Shown: piece after piece, positions 1 through 6,767 of the stretch
How positions within the stretch are numbered: the stretch's first letter is position 1
How the letters are laid out: every line of letters starts with the position of its first letter
Assembly: GCF_016127575.1 (NCBI RefSeq)
Contig: NZ_CP066019.1
Span: forward strand, 1,560,001 to 1,592,000
Source of the DNA: Cupriavidus necator
GTDB taxonomy: Bacteria; Pseudomonadota; Gammaproteobacteria; Burkholderiales; Burkholderiaceae
Direction: 5' to 3'
Length of the DNA: 32,000 nucleotides
The notes under the pieces: model-generated
The model's database searches: none
Told to the model about the DNA's origin: nothing
What the model saw: the letters and a program-made list of their open reading frames with translations, nothing else
Made by a program: the position numbers and the translations under genes

Positions 1-454
1 CGGCGGCGGCGCTGGCCACCACGCGCCAGGCTGCGTAATCCGCCCCTGCCGCACCGGCAGGCGCAGCGGCAAGCAGCCGCCCTTGCGGATCGAGCAACTG
101 CAGGAAATCGAGCCCATGCGTGCGCCGCGCGTCAGCCAGGATCCCGGGCATGGCGCCGCCGCGGCGAAGTCCGTCCACCAGCGCATATGACCTCGCCTCC
201 TGCAGGACACGGTCGCCCACGCCGCCCACCATATGCTCGAAATACTCGTGGGCGACCAGCAGGTCGCTGTTGACCTTGTAGGCAAGCAAGGCCTGGAACG
301 CGCGATTGCCCCACAACCCCATGATCAGCAGCAGTGCCAGCAGCGCCACCAGCAGGGGCGCGACCACGATGGATACGAGCTTGGCCCGCAGCGAGGCGCG
401 ATAGTGGCGCAGCAGCGCAGCCGGGCTCAAGGACGCAGGCCCCACTGCAGGCAT
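1..454 (-). CDS. two-component sensor histidine kinase, N-terminal part only (gene runs off the left edge of the window)
   Basis: This ORF is not in the supplied track. My own minus-strand translation from the ATG at 454-452 reads [96 protein letters not shown]... The frame stays open to position 1. It shows one clear TM helix followed by an extracytoplasmic-type sensing segment, and it overlaps the stop of the upstream response-regulator gene by 28 nt. The kinase core lies outside the window, so the product is inferred from context. Confidence 0.55.
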   Translation of the reverse strand, partial: MPAVGPASLSPAALLRHYRASLRAKLVSIVVAPLLVALLALLLIMGLWGNRAFQALLAYKVNSDLLVAHEYFEHMVGGVGDRVLQEARSYALVDGLRRGGAMPGILADARRTHGLDFLQLLDPQGRLLAAAPAGAAGADYAAWRVVASAAA

Positions 455-1830
455 TTGCGGTCCAGCGTGCGGCGCGAGATGCCAAGCCGGCGCGCCGCTT
501 CCACCCGGTTGCCGCCCTCGGCCGCCAGCACCTGCAGGATGTGCCGCCGCTCCACCGACTCCAGCAGGGTGCCGTCGTCGGCCGGCATGGCTGCATCCTC
601 GCGCTCTTCCTCCGGAAGGTTGGCTTGAGCCGGATCGGCCTGGTGCGCGAGCAGCTCGACCGGGTATTCGCCAAGGATCAGCGCCCGCTCCACCAGGTTG
701 CGCAGTTCGCGCGCATTGCCTGGCCAGTCGTAGCCCTTGAGCACCCGGATCAATGAGGGCGACAGCGGCACCGCCGGCAGCCCGAGCTGGGCCGACAGCT
801 GCTCCGAGAAATGCTCGGCCAGCGGCACGATGTCTTCCGGCCGCGTGCGCAACGGCGGGATGGCTACGGACACGACATCGAGTCGGTAGAACAGGTCCTG
901 GCGGAAGCGCCCGGCGGCGACCTCGTTGGCCAGGTTGCGGTTGCAGGCCGCGACGATGCGCACATCCACGGCAATCTCGCGCTCGGTGCCGAGCGGCCGG
1001 ATGCGCCGGTCCTCGATCACCCGCAACAGCTTGGCCTGCATCGGCAGCGGCAGCTCCGAGATCTCGTCCAGGAACAGCGTGCCGCCGTCGGCATAGAGAA
1101 ACAGGCCATGGCGCCCGCCGGCCGCGCCGGTGAAGGCACCCTTGGCGTGGCCGAACAATTCGCTTTCAATGATCTCGGGCGCCATCGCGCCGCAGTTGAG
1201 CGGCACGAACTGGCCCTGCCGTCCGCTCAGGCGATGCAGCTCGCGCGCCACCACTTCCTTGCCGGTGCCGGACTCGCCCGTCACCAGTACCGTCGATGGC
1301 ATCGGTGCCACCCGTGCCACCAGCGCCATGACCTTCTTCATCGCTTCGGACTCGCCGATGAAGTGCTTGTGGATGGTGTACTTGTCCAGCTCGCGGCGCA
1401 GCAGGTAGTTCTCGCGCGTGAGCCGGGTCCGGTCGAAGCAGCGCCGGATCGCATTGAGCATCTGGTCGACCCGGAACGGCTTGACGATGAAGTCCGCGGC
1501 GCCCGAGCGCAGCGCGGCAATCGCCGTGTCCATGTCGGCGAAGGCCGTCATCAGGATCACGTCGGCGGGGTTGCCGGCCGCGCGCAGTGCCTTGAGCCAC
1601 TCCATCCCGCTGGCACCGGGCAGCGCCACATCGAGCAGGATCAGGTCGAAATGCCGTTGCTCCAGCAGCGCGGCACCCGCTTCGGCGCTGTCGGCCGTCA
1701 CCACGCTGCCCACCTTGCCTTCGAGCGCGCGCGACAGGAACGAACGCATGCCGGCCTCGTCGTCCACCACCAGGATCGTGCGACGCTGCCAGTTGTCGGC
1801 ATCGGGCGGGTTGCTTTGTCTTTCGCTCAT
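427..1830 (-). CDS. sigma-54-dependent Fis-family response regulator (NtrC class: REC + AAA+ enhancer-binding domain + Fis HTH)
   Basis: I trimmed ORF 427..2097 to the ATG at 1830 ([25 protein letters not shown]...). The REC domain shows the phospho-acceptor context [11 protein letters not shown]. The AAA+ domain has Walker A GESGTGKE and the sigma-54 contact motif GAFTGA. The C-terminus has a Fis-type HTH ([21 protein letters not shown]). Confidence 0.92.
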   Translation of the reverse strand: MSERQSNPPDADNWQRRTILVVDDEAGMRSFLSRALEGKVGSVVTADSAEAGAALLEQRHFDLILLDVALPGASGMEWLKALRAAGNPADVILMTAFADMDTAIAALRSGAADFIVKPFRVDQMLNAIRRCFDRTRLTRENYLLRRELDKYTIHKHFIGESEAMKKVMALVARVAPMPSTVLVTGESGTGKEVVARELHRLSGRQGQFVPLNCGAMAPEIIESELFGHAKGAFTGAAGGRHGLFLYADGGTLFLDEISELPLPMQAKLLRVIEDRRIRPLGTEREIAVDVRIVAACNRNLANEVAAGRFRQDLFYRLDVVSVAIPPLRTRPEDIVPLAEHFSEQLSAQLGLPAVPLSPSLIRVLKGYDWPGNARELRNLVERALILGEYPVELLAHQADPAQANLPEEEREDAAMPADDGTLLESVERRHILQVLAAEGGNRVEAARRLGISRRTLDRKCLQWGLRP

Positions 1831-1920
1831 CACTTTAGTTGTTGCGGGGCAAGGGAAGAGTCTAGCGACAGTCGGCCACCCGGCTGTATTGGGAATTAAA
1901 CCGAGCCGGCCGCCGCACAT

Positions 1921-1966
1921 GGACATTTTGGCCCGGGCAACGGGCCTCCGTCCGGACATTTTGTCC
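1921..1966. promoter_or_regulatory. tandem palindromic sites GGACA-TTT-TG(G/T)CC, a candidate upstream activating sequence for the adjacent enhancer-binding regulator
   Basis: GGACATTTTG occurs at 1921-1930 and again at 1954-1963, 33 bp start to start. The second copy is a perfect 5-3-5 palindrome (GGACATTTTGTCC, 1954-1966); the first has one mismatch. Both lie about 70-110 bp upstream of the sigma-54-like element. Confidence 0.4.
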
Positions 1967-2031
1967 AAGGCTGCGCCCCGGCGCGCGGGGCCGCGCGACG
2001 CAATCCATTGACGACAAAGGGATTGCGCCTT

Positions 2032-2046
2032 GGGCATGGCTTTTGC
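2032..2046 (+). promoter_or_regulatory. candidate sigma-54 (-24/-12) promoter for the OFA transporter gene
   Basis: GGGCATGGCTTTTGC compared with the consensus TGGCAC-N5-TTGC. GG at 2033-2034 and GC at 2045-2046 have the canonical spacing. The element is 73 nt upstream of the ATG at 2119 and next to a divergent sigma-54-dependent activator gene. Confidence 0.5.
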
Positions 2047-2118
2047 TGAACCACGCACTCCAGCCCGTCGCATCACGCGCAAAAAAGAGGCTGCCACTTC
2101 CAGGTAGGAGACACCTTC

Positions 2119-3549
2119 ATGTCATACCCCGCGCAAGCGCAAACGCCCTCGCAGAAGTCCCAGCACGCGTCGCCGTCCCGGCCAGCATCACGCCCGTCGG
2201 CCTTCTCCAAGGAGGCCATCATCGCCCGCCCCGGCTTCAACCGCTGGATGGTGCCGCCGGCCGCGCTGGCGGTGCACCTGTGCATTGGCCAGGCCTATGC
2301 CTTCTCGGTCTTCAACGAGCCGCTGACGCGGATCCTCGGCGTCACGCAGTCCGCGCCGGGCGACTGGCAACTGACCACGCTGGGCTGGGTGTTCTCGCTG
2401 GCGATCTTCTTCCTCGGCATCTCTGCCGCCTTTGCCGGCAAGTGGCTGGAGAAGGTCGGGCCGCGGCGCACCATGTTCACGGCCGCGTGCTGCTTCGGCG
2501 GCGGCTTCCTGGTTTCGGCGCTGGGCATCTGGCTGCACCAGATCTGGCTGCTGTACCTGGGCTACGGCGTGCTGGGCGGGATCGGGCTGGGGCTGGGCTA
2601 CGTGTCGCCGGTGTCCACGCTGATCCGCTGGTTTCCCGACCGCCGCGGCATGGCCACCGGCATGGCGATCATGGGCTTCGGCGGCGGCGCGATGATCGGC
2701 GCGCCGCTATCGGTCGCGCTGATGAACTACTTCAAGAGCGCGACCAGCGCGGGCGTGGCTCAGACCTTCCTGGTGATGGGCGTGATCTACTTCATCTCGA
2801 TGTCGATCGGGGCGCTGGCCATCCGCATCCCGGCCCCGGGCTGGGCGCCCCCGGGCTACGTACCCACCACCAAGGCCCGCAAGATGGTCACGCACGCCAA
2901 CGTGCACATCGACCAGGCGCTGAAGACGCCGCAATTCTACCTGCTGTGGGTGATCCTGTTCCTGAACATCACCGCCGGCATCGGCGTGCTGGGCCAGGCT
3001 GCGGTGATGATCCAGGAAACCTTCAAGGGCAGCATCACTGCGGCAGCCGCCGCCGGCTTCGTCGGCCTGCTCAGCATCGGCAACATGACGGGGCGCTTCC
3101 TGTGGAGCTCCGCCAGCGACTACTTCGGCCGCAAGATCACCTATGCCATCTTCTTCGCCTTCGGCGCCGCGTTGTACATGGCGGTGCCGGCCGTCGGCTC
3201 GTCCGGCAACGTGGCCCTGTTCGTGGTCTGCTACTTCCTGATCCTGACCATGTATGGCGGCGGCTTCAGCACCATTCCCGCCTACCTGGCGGACATGTTC
3301 GGCACGGCCTACGTCGGCGGCATCCATGGCCGCCTGCTGACCGCCTGGGCCGCCGCCGGCATTGCCGGCCCGGCGCTGGTCAACTACATCCGCGAGCACA
3401 AGCTGGCCATGGGTGTGCCCAGGTCAGAGGTCTATGTCGACACCCTGCACATCATGGCCGGCCTGCTGGTGGCGGGGTTCGTCTGCAACCTGCTGATCCG
3501 GCCGGTGCATGAGCGCCACCACCTGCGCGAAGCCACCAGCGCAGCCTGA
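2119..3549 (+). CDS. OFA (oxalate/formate antiporter) family MFS transporter
   Basis: 476-aa ORF with 12 predicted TM segments. OFA-like stretches include CIGQAYAFSVF, GLGLGYVSPVSTLIRWFPDRRGMATGMAIMGFGGG and SIGNMTGRFLWSSASDYFGRK. An RBS (GGTAGGAGA) sits 8 nt before the ATG. Confidence 0.9.
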   Translation: MSYPAQAQTPSQKSQHASPSRPASRPSAFSKEAIIARPGFNRWMVPPAALAVHLCIGQAYAFSVFNEPLTRILGVTQSAPGDWQLTTLGWVFSLAIFFLGISAAFAGKWLEKVGPRRTMFTAACCFGGGFLVSALGIWLHQIWLLYLGYGVLGGIGLGLGYVSPVSTLIRWFPDRRGMATGMAIMGFGGGAMIGAPLSVALMNYFKSATSAGVAQTFLVMGVIYFISMSIGALAIRIPAPGWAPPGYVPTTKARKMVTHANVHIDQALKTPQFYLLWVILFLNITAGIGVLGQAAVMIQETFKGSITAAAAAGFVGLLSIGNMTGRFLWSSASDYFGRKITYAIFFAFGAALYMAVPAVGSSGNVALFVVCYFLILTMYGGGFSTIPAYLADMFGTAYVGGIHGRLLTAWAAAGIAGPALVNYIREHKLAMGVPRSEVYVDTLHIMAGLLVAGFVCNLLIRPVHERHHLREATSAA

Positions 3550-3592
3550 GCGCCACCCCGGCTTCCGATACCAATACACAGGAGACACCACC

Positions 3593-3715
3593 GTGCAAGA
3601 CGACCGTACTTTCGGCAAGACGCTGCTGCTGCTCGCGTTCTGGGCATACGTGCTGATCCCGCTGGGCGCGGGGATCTGGTCGACCCTCGGCAAGGCCATG
3701 AAGCTGTTCAGCTGA
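3593..3715 (+). CDS. small single-TM membrane protein (40 aa), putative small subunit or companion of the OFA MFS transporter
   Basis: The GTG at 3593 is preceded by AGGAGA (3580-3585) with a 7-nt spacer. The product is VQDDRTFGKTLLLLAFWAYVLIPLGAGIWSTLGKAMKLFS. G or C occupies the third position in 36 of 40 codons, which matches the host coding bias. The gene starts 44 nt after the transporter stop. The longer ATG-3509 version overlaps the MFS gene and lacks an RBS. Confidence 0.55.
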   Translation: MQDDRTFGKTLLLLAFWAYVLIPLGAGIWSTLGKAMKLFS

Positions 3716-3953
3716 GCGCTCGCGCCGGCCGTCCGCTGCGTCCTGATCCATCTTCGCAGCGCACACCCGAGAGCCTCCTGACTGGTGCCGCGGGATCCTG
3801 TCGCATGACTGTGATCCCGCGCAATCGCGTCATCTGTACCGGTGGCGCGAAGTGCCTGGCAAGCGCTGCTTCCGGCCTGAAGAACTGAGCTTGAACGGTT
3901 CCGCAAGAACTGTATCCCTAGCGGGCAGGCTGTAGTCCTTACGCTTGTCCATG

Positions 3954-4112
3954 GTGTCCTGTCCCGCAATTGACCCGATATGAAATCGCCCAGTTGCCCG
4001 CCATGCGTCGTTGCTCGTCGTTGCCATGGCTACGGCTATGGCGCCTCCTCGCGCCTAGCCTGACGACCAACTGGACGATTTCATTCATCAAGTCAATTGC
4101 GGGACCGGACAC
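3954..4112. repeat. long imperfect inverted repeat (35-nt and 37-nt arms, 87-nt spacer) in the cydA upstream region
   Basis: The left arm at 3954-3988 is GTGTCCTGTCCCGCAATTGACCCGATATGAAATCG. The right arm at 4076-4112 is CGATTTCATtcATCAAGTCAATTGCGGGACCGGACAC. They give 32 complementary positions, 3 mismatches and one 2-nt bulge. Confidence 0.7.
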
Positions 4113-4165
4113 AGTCTCGCGCGACACGCCGTCGTGCCGGCGGCCACCCCACGGAGAGCACATCG

Positions 4166-5605
4166 ATGTACGGACTCACAGCCCTGGAACTCGCTCGAAT
4201 CCAGTTCGGATTCACGGTTTCCTTCCACATATTATTTCCCGCCATCACGATCGGGCTGGCATGTTTCCTGGCGTTCCTGGAAGCACGCTGGCTCTACACC
4301 AAGGACTCGGTGTACAGGACCCTGTACCAGTTCTGGATCAAGATCTTCGCGTTGAACTTCGGCATGGGGGTCGTTTCCGGCCTGGTCATGGCCTATGAGT
4401 TCGGCACCAACTGGTCTGGCTTCTCGCAGTTTGCGGGAAGCGTCACCGGACCGCTGCTGACCTACGAGGTGCTGACCGCCTTCTTCCTGGAAGCGGGCTT
4501 CCTGGGCGTGATGCTGTTCGGCTGGAACCGGGTCGGGCCGGGGCTGCACTTCTTCTCGACGGTGATGGTGGCGCTCGGCACCATGATTTCCTCCACCTGG
4601 ATCCTGGCATCGAACAGCTGGATGCATACGCCGGCCGGCTACGTCATCGTTGCCGGCAAGGTGGTGCCGACCGACTGGCTCGAGGTGATCTTCAACCCGT
4701 CGTTCCCCTACCGCCTGGCGCACATGGTGATCGCCGCGCTGCTGTCGACGGCACTGTTCGTGGCGGCATCCTCGGCCTGGCAGCTGCTGCATGACCGCGC
4801 CGTGCCCGCCGCCCGCAAGATGCTGTCGATGGCGCTGTGGATGGTGCTGATCGCGGCGCCGATCCAGGCGGTGGTGGGCGACGCCCACGGCCTGAACACG
4901 CTGGAGCACCAGCCCGCCAAGATCGCTGCGATGGAGGGGCACTGGAACACCGCGGCCAAGGATGACAAGGGCGGCTTCCCGCTGATCGTCTTCGGAATCC
5001 CCGACATGGAACGCGAGGAAACCCGCTACGCCATCGAGATTCCGCGCCTGGGCAGCCTGATCCTCACGCACAGCCTTGACGGCCAGATCCGTGGCCTGAA
5101 GGACTTCCCCAGGGAAGACCGCCCCAATGCCACAGTGCTGTTCTTCACCTTCCGCATCATGGTTGGCCTGGGGGTGGCGATGATCCTGTTCGGCCTGCTG
5201 GGCTGGGTGCTGCGCCGCAACGGCGCGCTGTACCGGTCCAAGGCCTTCCTGCGCCTCGCGGTGGTGATGGGCCCCGCCGGGCTGGTCGCGCTGCTGGCCG
5301 GCTGGATGACCACCGAGATCGGCCGCCAGCCGTGGGTGGTCTATGGACTGCTGCGTACCCATGATGCCGTTTCCGCGCATGCGGCCGGCCCGGTGGCGCT
5401 GTCGCTGGCACTGTTCGTGGTGATCTACTTCGTCTGCTTCGGCGTGGGCATCCGCTACATGCTCAAGCTGGCCAGCGCCGGCCCCGCCCCCGACGCGCAC
5501 CCGCACGAAGAGCCGTCCTACGGCCCCGGCAGCGTCGTCCCCGCCGCCATCGCCGCGGCTTCCACACCCAACCCGATGGCCCCGCACGGCCAGCGCGAAT
5601 CCTGA
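4166..5605 (+). CDS. cydA: cytochrome bd-type ubiquinol oxidase subunit I, short Q-loop (CioA-like)
   Basis: I trimmed ORF 4097..5605 to the ATG at 4166, which has GGAGAG 8 nt upstream. The N-terminus MYGLTALELARIQFGFTVSFHILFP is typical of CydA, and the conserved EHQPAKIAAMEGHW is present. The segment between GIPD and FRIMVGLG is short compared with E. coli CydA. Length is 479 aa. Confidence 0.92.
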   Translation: MYGLTALELARIQFGFTVSFHILFPAITIGLACFLAFLEARWLYTKDSVYRTLYQFWIKIFALNFGMGVVSGLVMAYEFGTNWSGFSQFAGSVTGPLLTYEVLTAFFLEAGFLGVMLFGWNRVGPGLHFFSTVMVALGTMISSTWILASNSWMHTPAGYVIVAGKVVPTDWLEVIFNPSFPYRLAHMVIAALLSTALFVAASSAWQLLHDRAVPAARKMLSMALWMVLIAAPIQAVVGDAHGLNTLEHQPAKIAAMEGHWNTAAKDDKGGFPLIVFGIPDMEREETRYAIEIPRLGSLILTHSLDGQIRGLKDFPREDRPNATVLFFTFRIMVGLGVAMILFGLLGWVLRRNGALYRSKAFLRLAVVMGPAGLVALLAGWMTTEIGRQPWVVYGLLRTHDAVSAHAAGPVALSLALFVVIYFVCFGVGIRYMLKLASAGPAPDAHPHEEPSYGPGSVVPAAIAAASTPNPMAPHGQRES

Positions 5606-5618
5606 ACAGGTGATCAAC

Positions 5619-6626
5619 ATGGGTATCAACCTTCCCGTTATCTGGGCCGCCCTGATCTTCTTCGGTGTGATGATGTACGTCATCATGGACGGATTCGATC
5701 TTGGCATCGGCATTCTCTTTCCCTTCGTCGGCGACCGTCATGACCGCGACGTCATGATGAACACGGTGGCCCCGGTCTGGGACGGCAACGAAACCTGGCT
5801 GGTGCTGGGCGGCGCGGCGCTGCTGGGCGCCTTCCCGCTGGCCTACTCGGTGCTGCTCAGCGCCTTCTACCTGCCGCTGATGTTCATGCTGATGGGGCTG
5901 ATCTTCCGCGGCGTGGCCTTTGAATTCCGCTTCAAGGCCAGCGACCGCAGCCGCCCGTACTGGGATGCCGCGTTCACGTGGGGATCGGTGCTCGCCGCCT
6001 TCTTCCAGGGCGTGACACTGGGCGCCTATATCGACGGCATCGCCATGGAAGGCGCCACCTTCACCGGCGGCGCGCTCGACTGGCTGGCGCCGTTCCCGGT
6101 CTTCTGCGGCGTGGGCGTGGTGATCACCTATGCCTTCCTCGGGGTCACCTGGCTCATCATGAAGACCGAGGGCCGCCTGCAATGGACCATGCTGCGCGTG
6201 ACCAACGTGCTGACCGGCGTGATGCTGGCAATGGTCGCCGCGGTGAGCGTGTGGACGCCGCTGACCCATCCGGAGATCGCGCAACGCTGGTTCGCGCTGC
6301 CCAACCTGTTCTTCTTCCTGCCGGTGCCGCTGCTGGTGCTGTTCTCGGCCTTCGGCATCTACCGGTCCCTGCGCAAGCACCCGAACGTGTCGCCGTTCCT
6401 GTACGCGCTGCTGATGATCTTCATGGGCTATACCGGGCTTGCCATCAGCATCTGGCCCAATATCATCCCGCCGTCGATCTCGATCTTCGATGCGTCGTCG
6501 CCCCCGCAAAGCCAGGGCTTCGCGCTGGTCGGCACCCTGTTCATCGTGCCGATCATCCTGGCCTACACCTCCTGGTCCTATTACGTGTTTCGCGGCAAGG
6601 TCAAGCGCGGGGAGGGGTACCACTGA
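5619..6626 (+). CDS. cydB: cytochrome bd-type ubiquinol oxidase subunit II
   Basis: The N-terminus (MGINLPVIWAALIFFGVMMYVIMDGFDLGIGILFPF) and the motif VAPVWDGNETWLVLGG are typical of CydB. An alternative GTG start lies at 5610. The gene begins 14 nt after the cydA stop. Confidence 0.9.
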   Translation: MGINLPVIWAALIFFGVMMYVIMDGFDLGIGILFPFVGDRHDRDVMMNTVAPVWDGNETWLVLGGAALLGAFPLAYSVLLSAFYLPLMFMLMGLIFRGVAFEFRFKASDRSRPYWDAAFTWGSVLAAFFQGVTLGAYIDGIAMEGATFTGGALDWLAPFPVFCGVGVVITYAFLGVTWLIMKTEGRLQWTMLRVTNVLTGVMLAMVAAVSVWTPLTHPEIAQRWFALPNLFFFLPVPLLVLFSAFGIYRSLRKHPNVSPFLYALLMIFMGYTGLAISIWPNIIPPSISIFDASSPPQSQGFALVGTLFIVPIILAYTSWSYYVFRGKVKRGEGYH

Positions 6627-6763
6627 TGGCCAGGATCCCGCAATCGCGGCTGGCGGCCCGCCTGGGCTGGCTGCTGGCGCTGTGGCTGGCGGGGGTCGGC
6701 ACCGTCTTCGTCTGCGCCAGCCTGATGAAGCTGCTGATGCGGGCAGCCGGGCTTGCCAACTGA
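6626..6763 (+). CDS. small membrane protein downstream of cydB (DUF2474-like, 45 aa)
   Basis: The ATG overlaps the cydB TGA (TGATG) and a GGGGAGGGG RBS lies upstream. The product is MARIPQSRLAARLGWLLALWLAGVGTVFVCASLMKLLMRAAGLAN, with one TM helix and high GC3. Position and size fit the small peptide commonly found after cioAB-type operons. Confidence 0.6.
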   Translation: MARIPQSRLAARLGWLLALWLAGVGTVFVCASLMKLLMRAAGLAN

Positions 6764-6767
6764 AGCC

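Noticed and set aside
132-756. Track ORFs 132..674(-), 233..628(+) and 334..756(+) across the kinase and regulator junction.
   Set aside because: They are out of frame with the regulator C-terminus (a Fis HTH is readable in the 427..1830 frame) and with the kinase N-terminus that I translated from the ATG at 454. Their composition is low-complexity.
2043-3512. A 489-aa ORF in an alternative plus frame inside the OFA transporter gene.
   Set aside because: The translation is Arg/Gly/Pro-rich without TM helices. The 2119..3549 frame gives a canonical 12-TM OFA protein and has an RBS.
3789-3821. A 9-bp inverted repeat CGCGGGATC-N15-GATCCCGCG after the MFS small-subunit gene, considered as a terminator.
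   Set aside because: The loop is large (15 nt) and no T-run follows. It cannot be distinguished from chance GC-rich complementarity, so I did not call it a terminator.
3857-3871. TGGCAAGCGCTGCTT upstream of cydA, which looks like a sigma-54 -24/-12 element.
   Set aside because: The GC dinucleotide lies 2 nt too close to the GG (GG-N8-GC instead of GG-N10-GC) and there is no TTGC. It does not satisfy the rigid sigma-54 spacing.
3830-4398. Short ORFs in the cydA upstream gap: 3830..4027(-), 3939..4163(-) and 3970..4398(+).
   Set aside because: They have no RBS, low GC3 relative to real genes here and no recognisable motifs. One runs into the cydA coding region out of frame.
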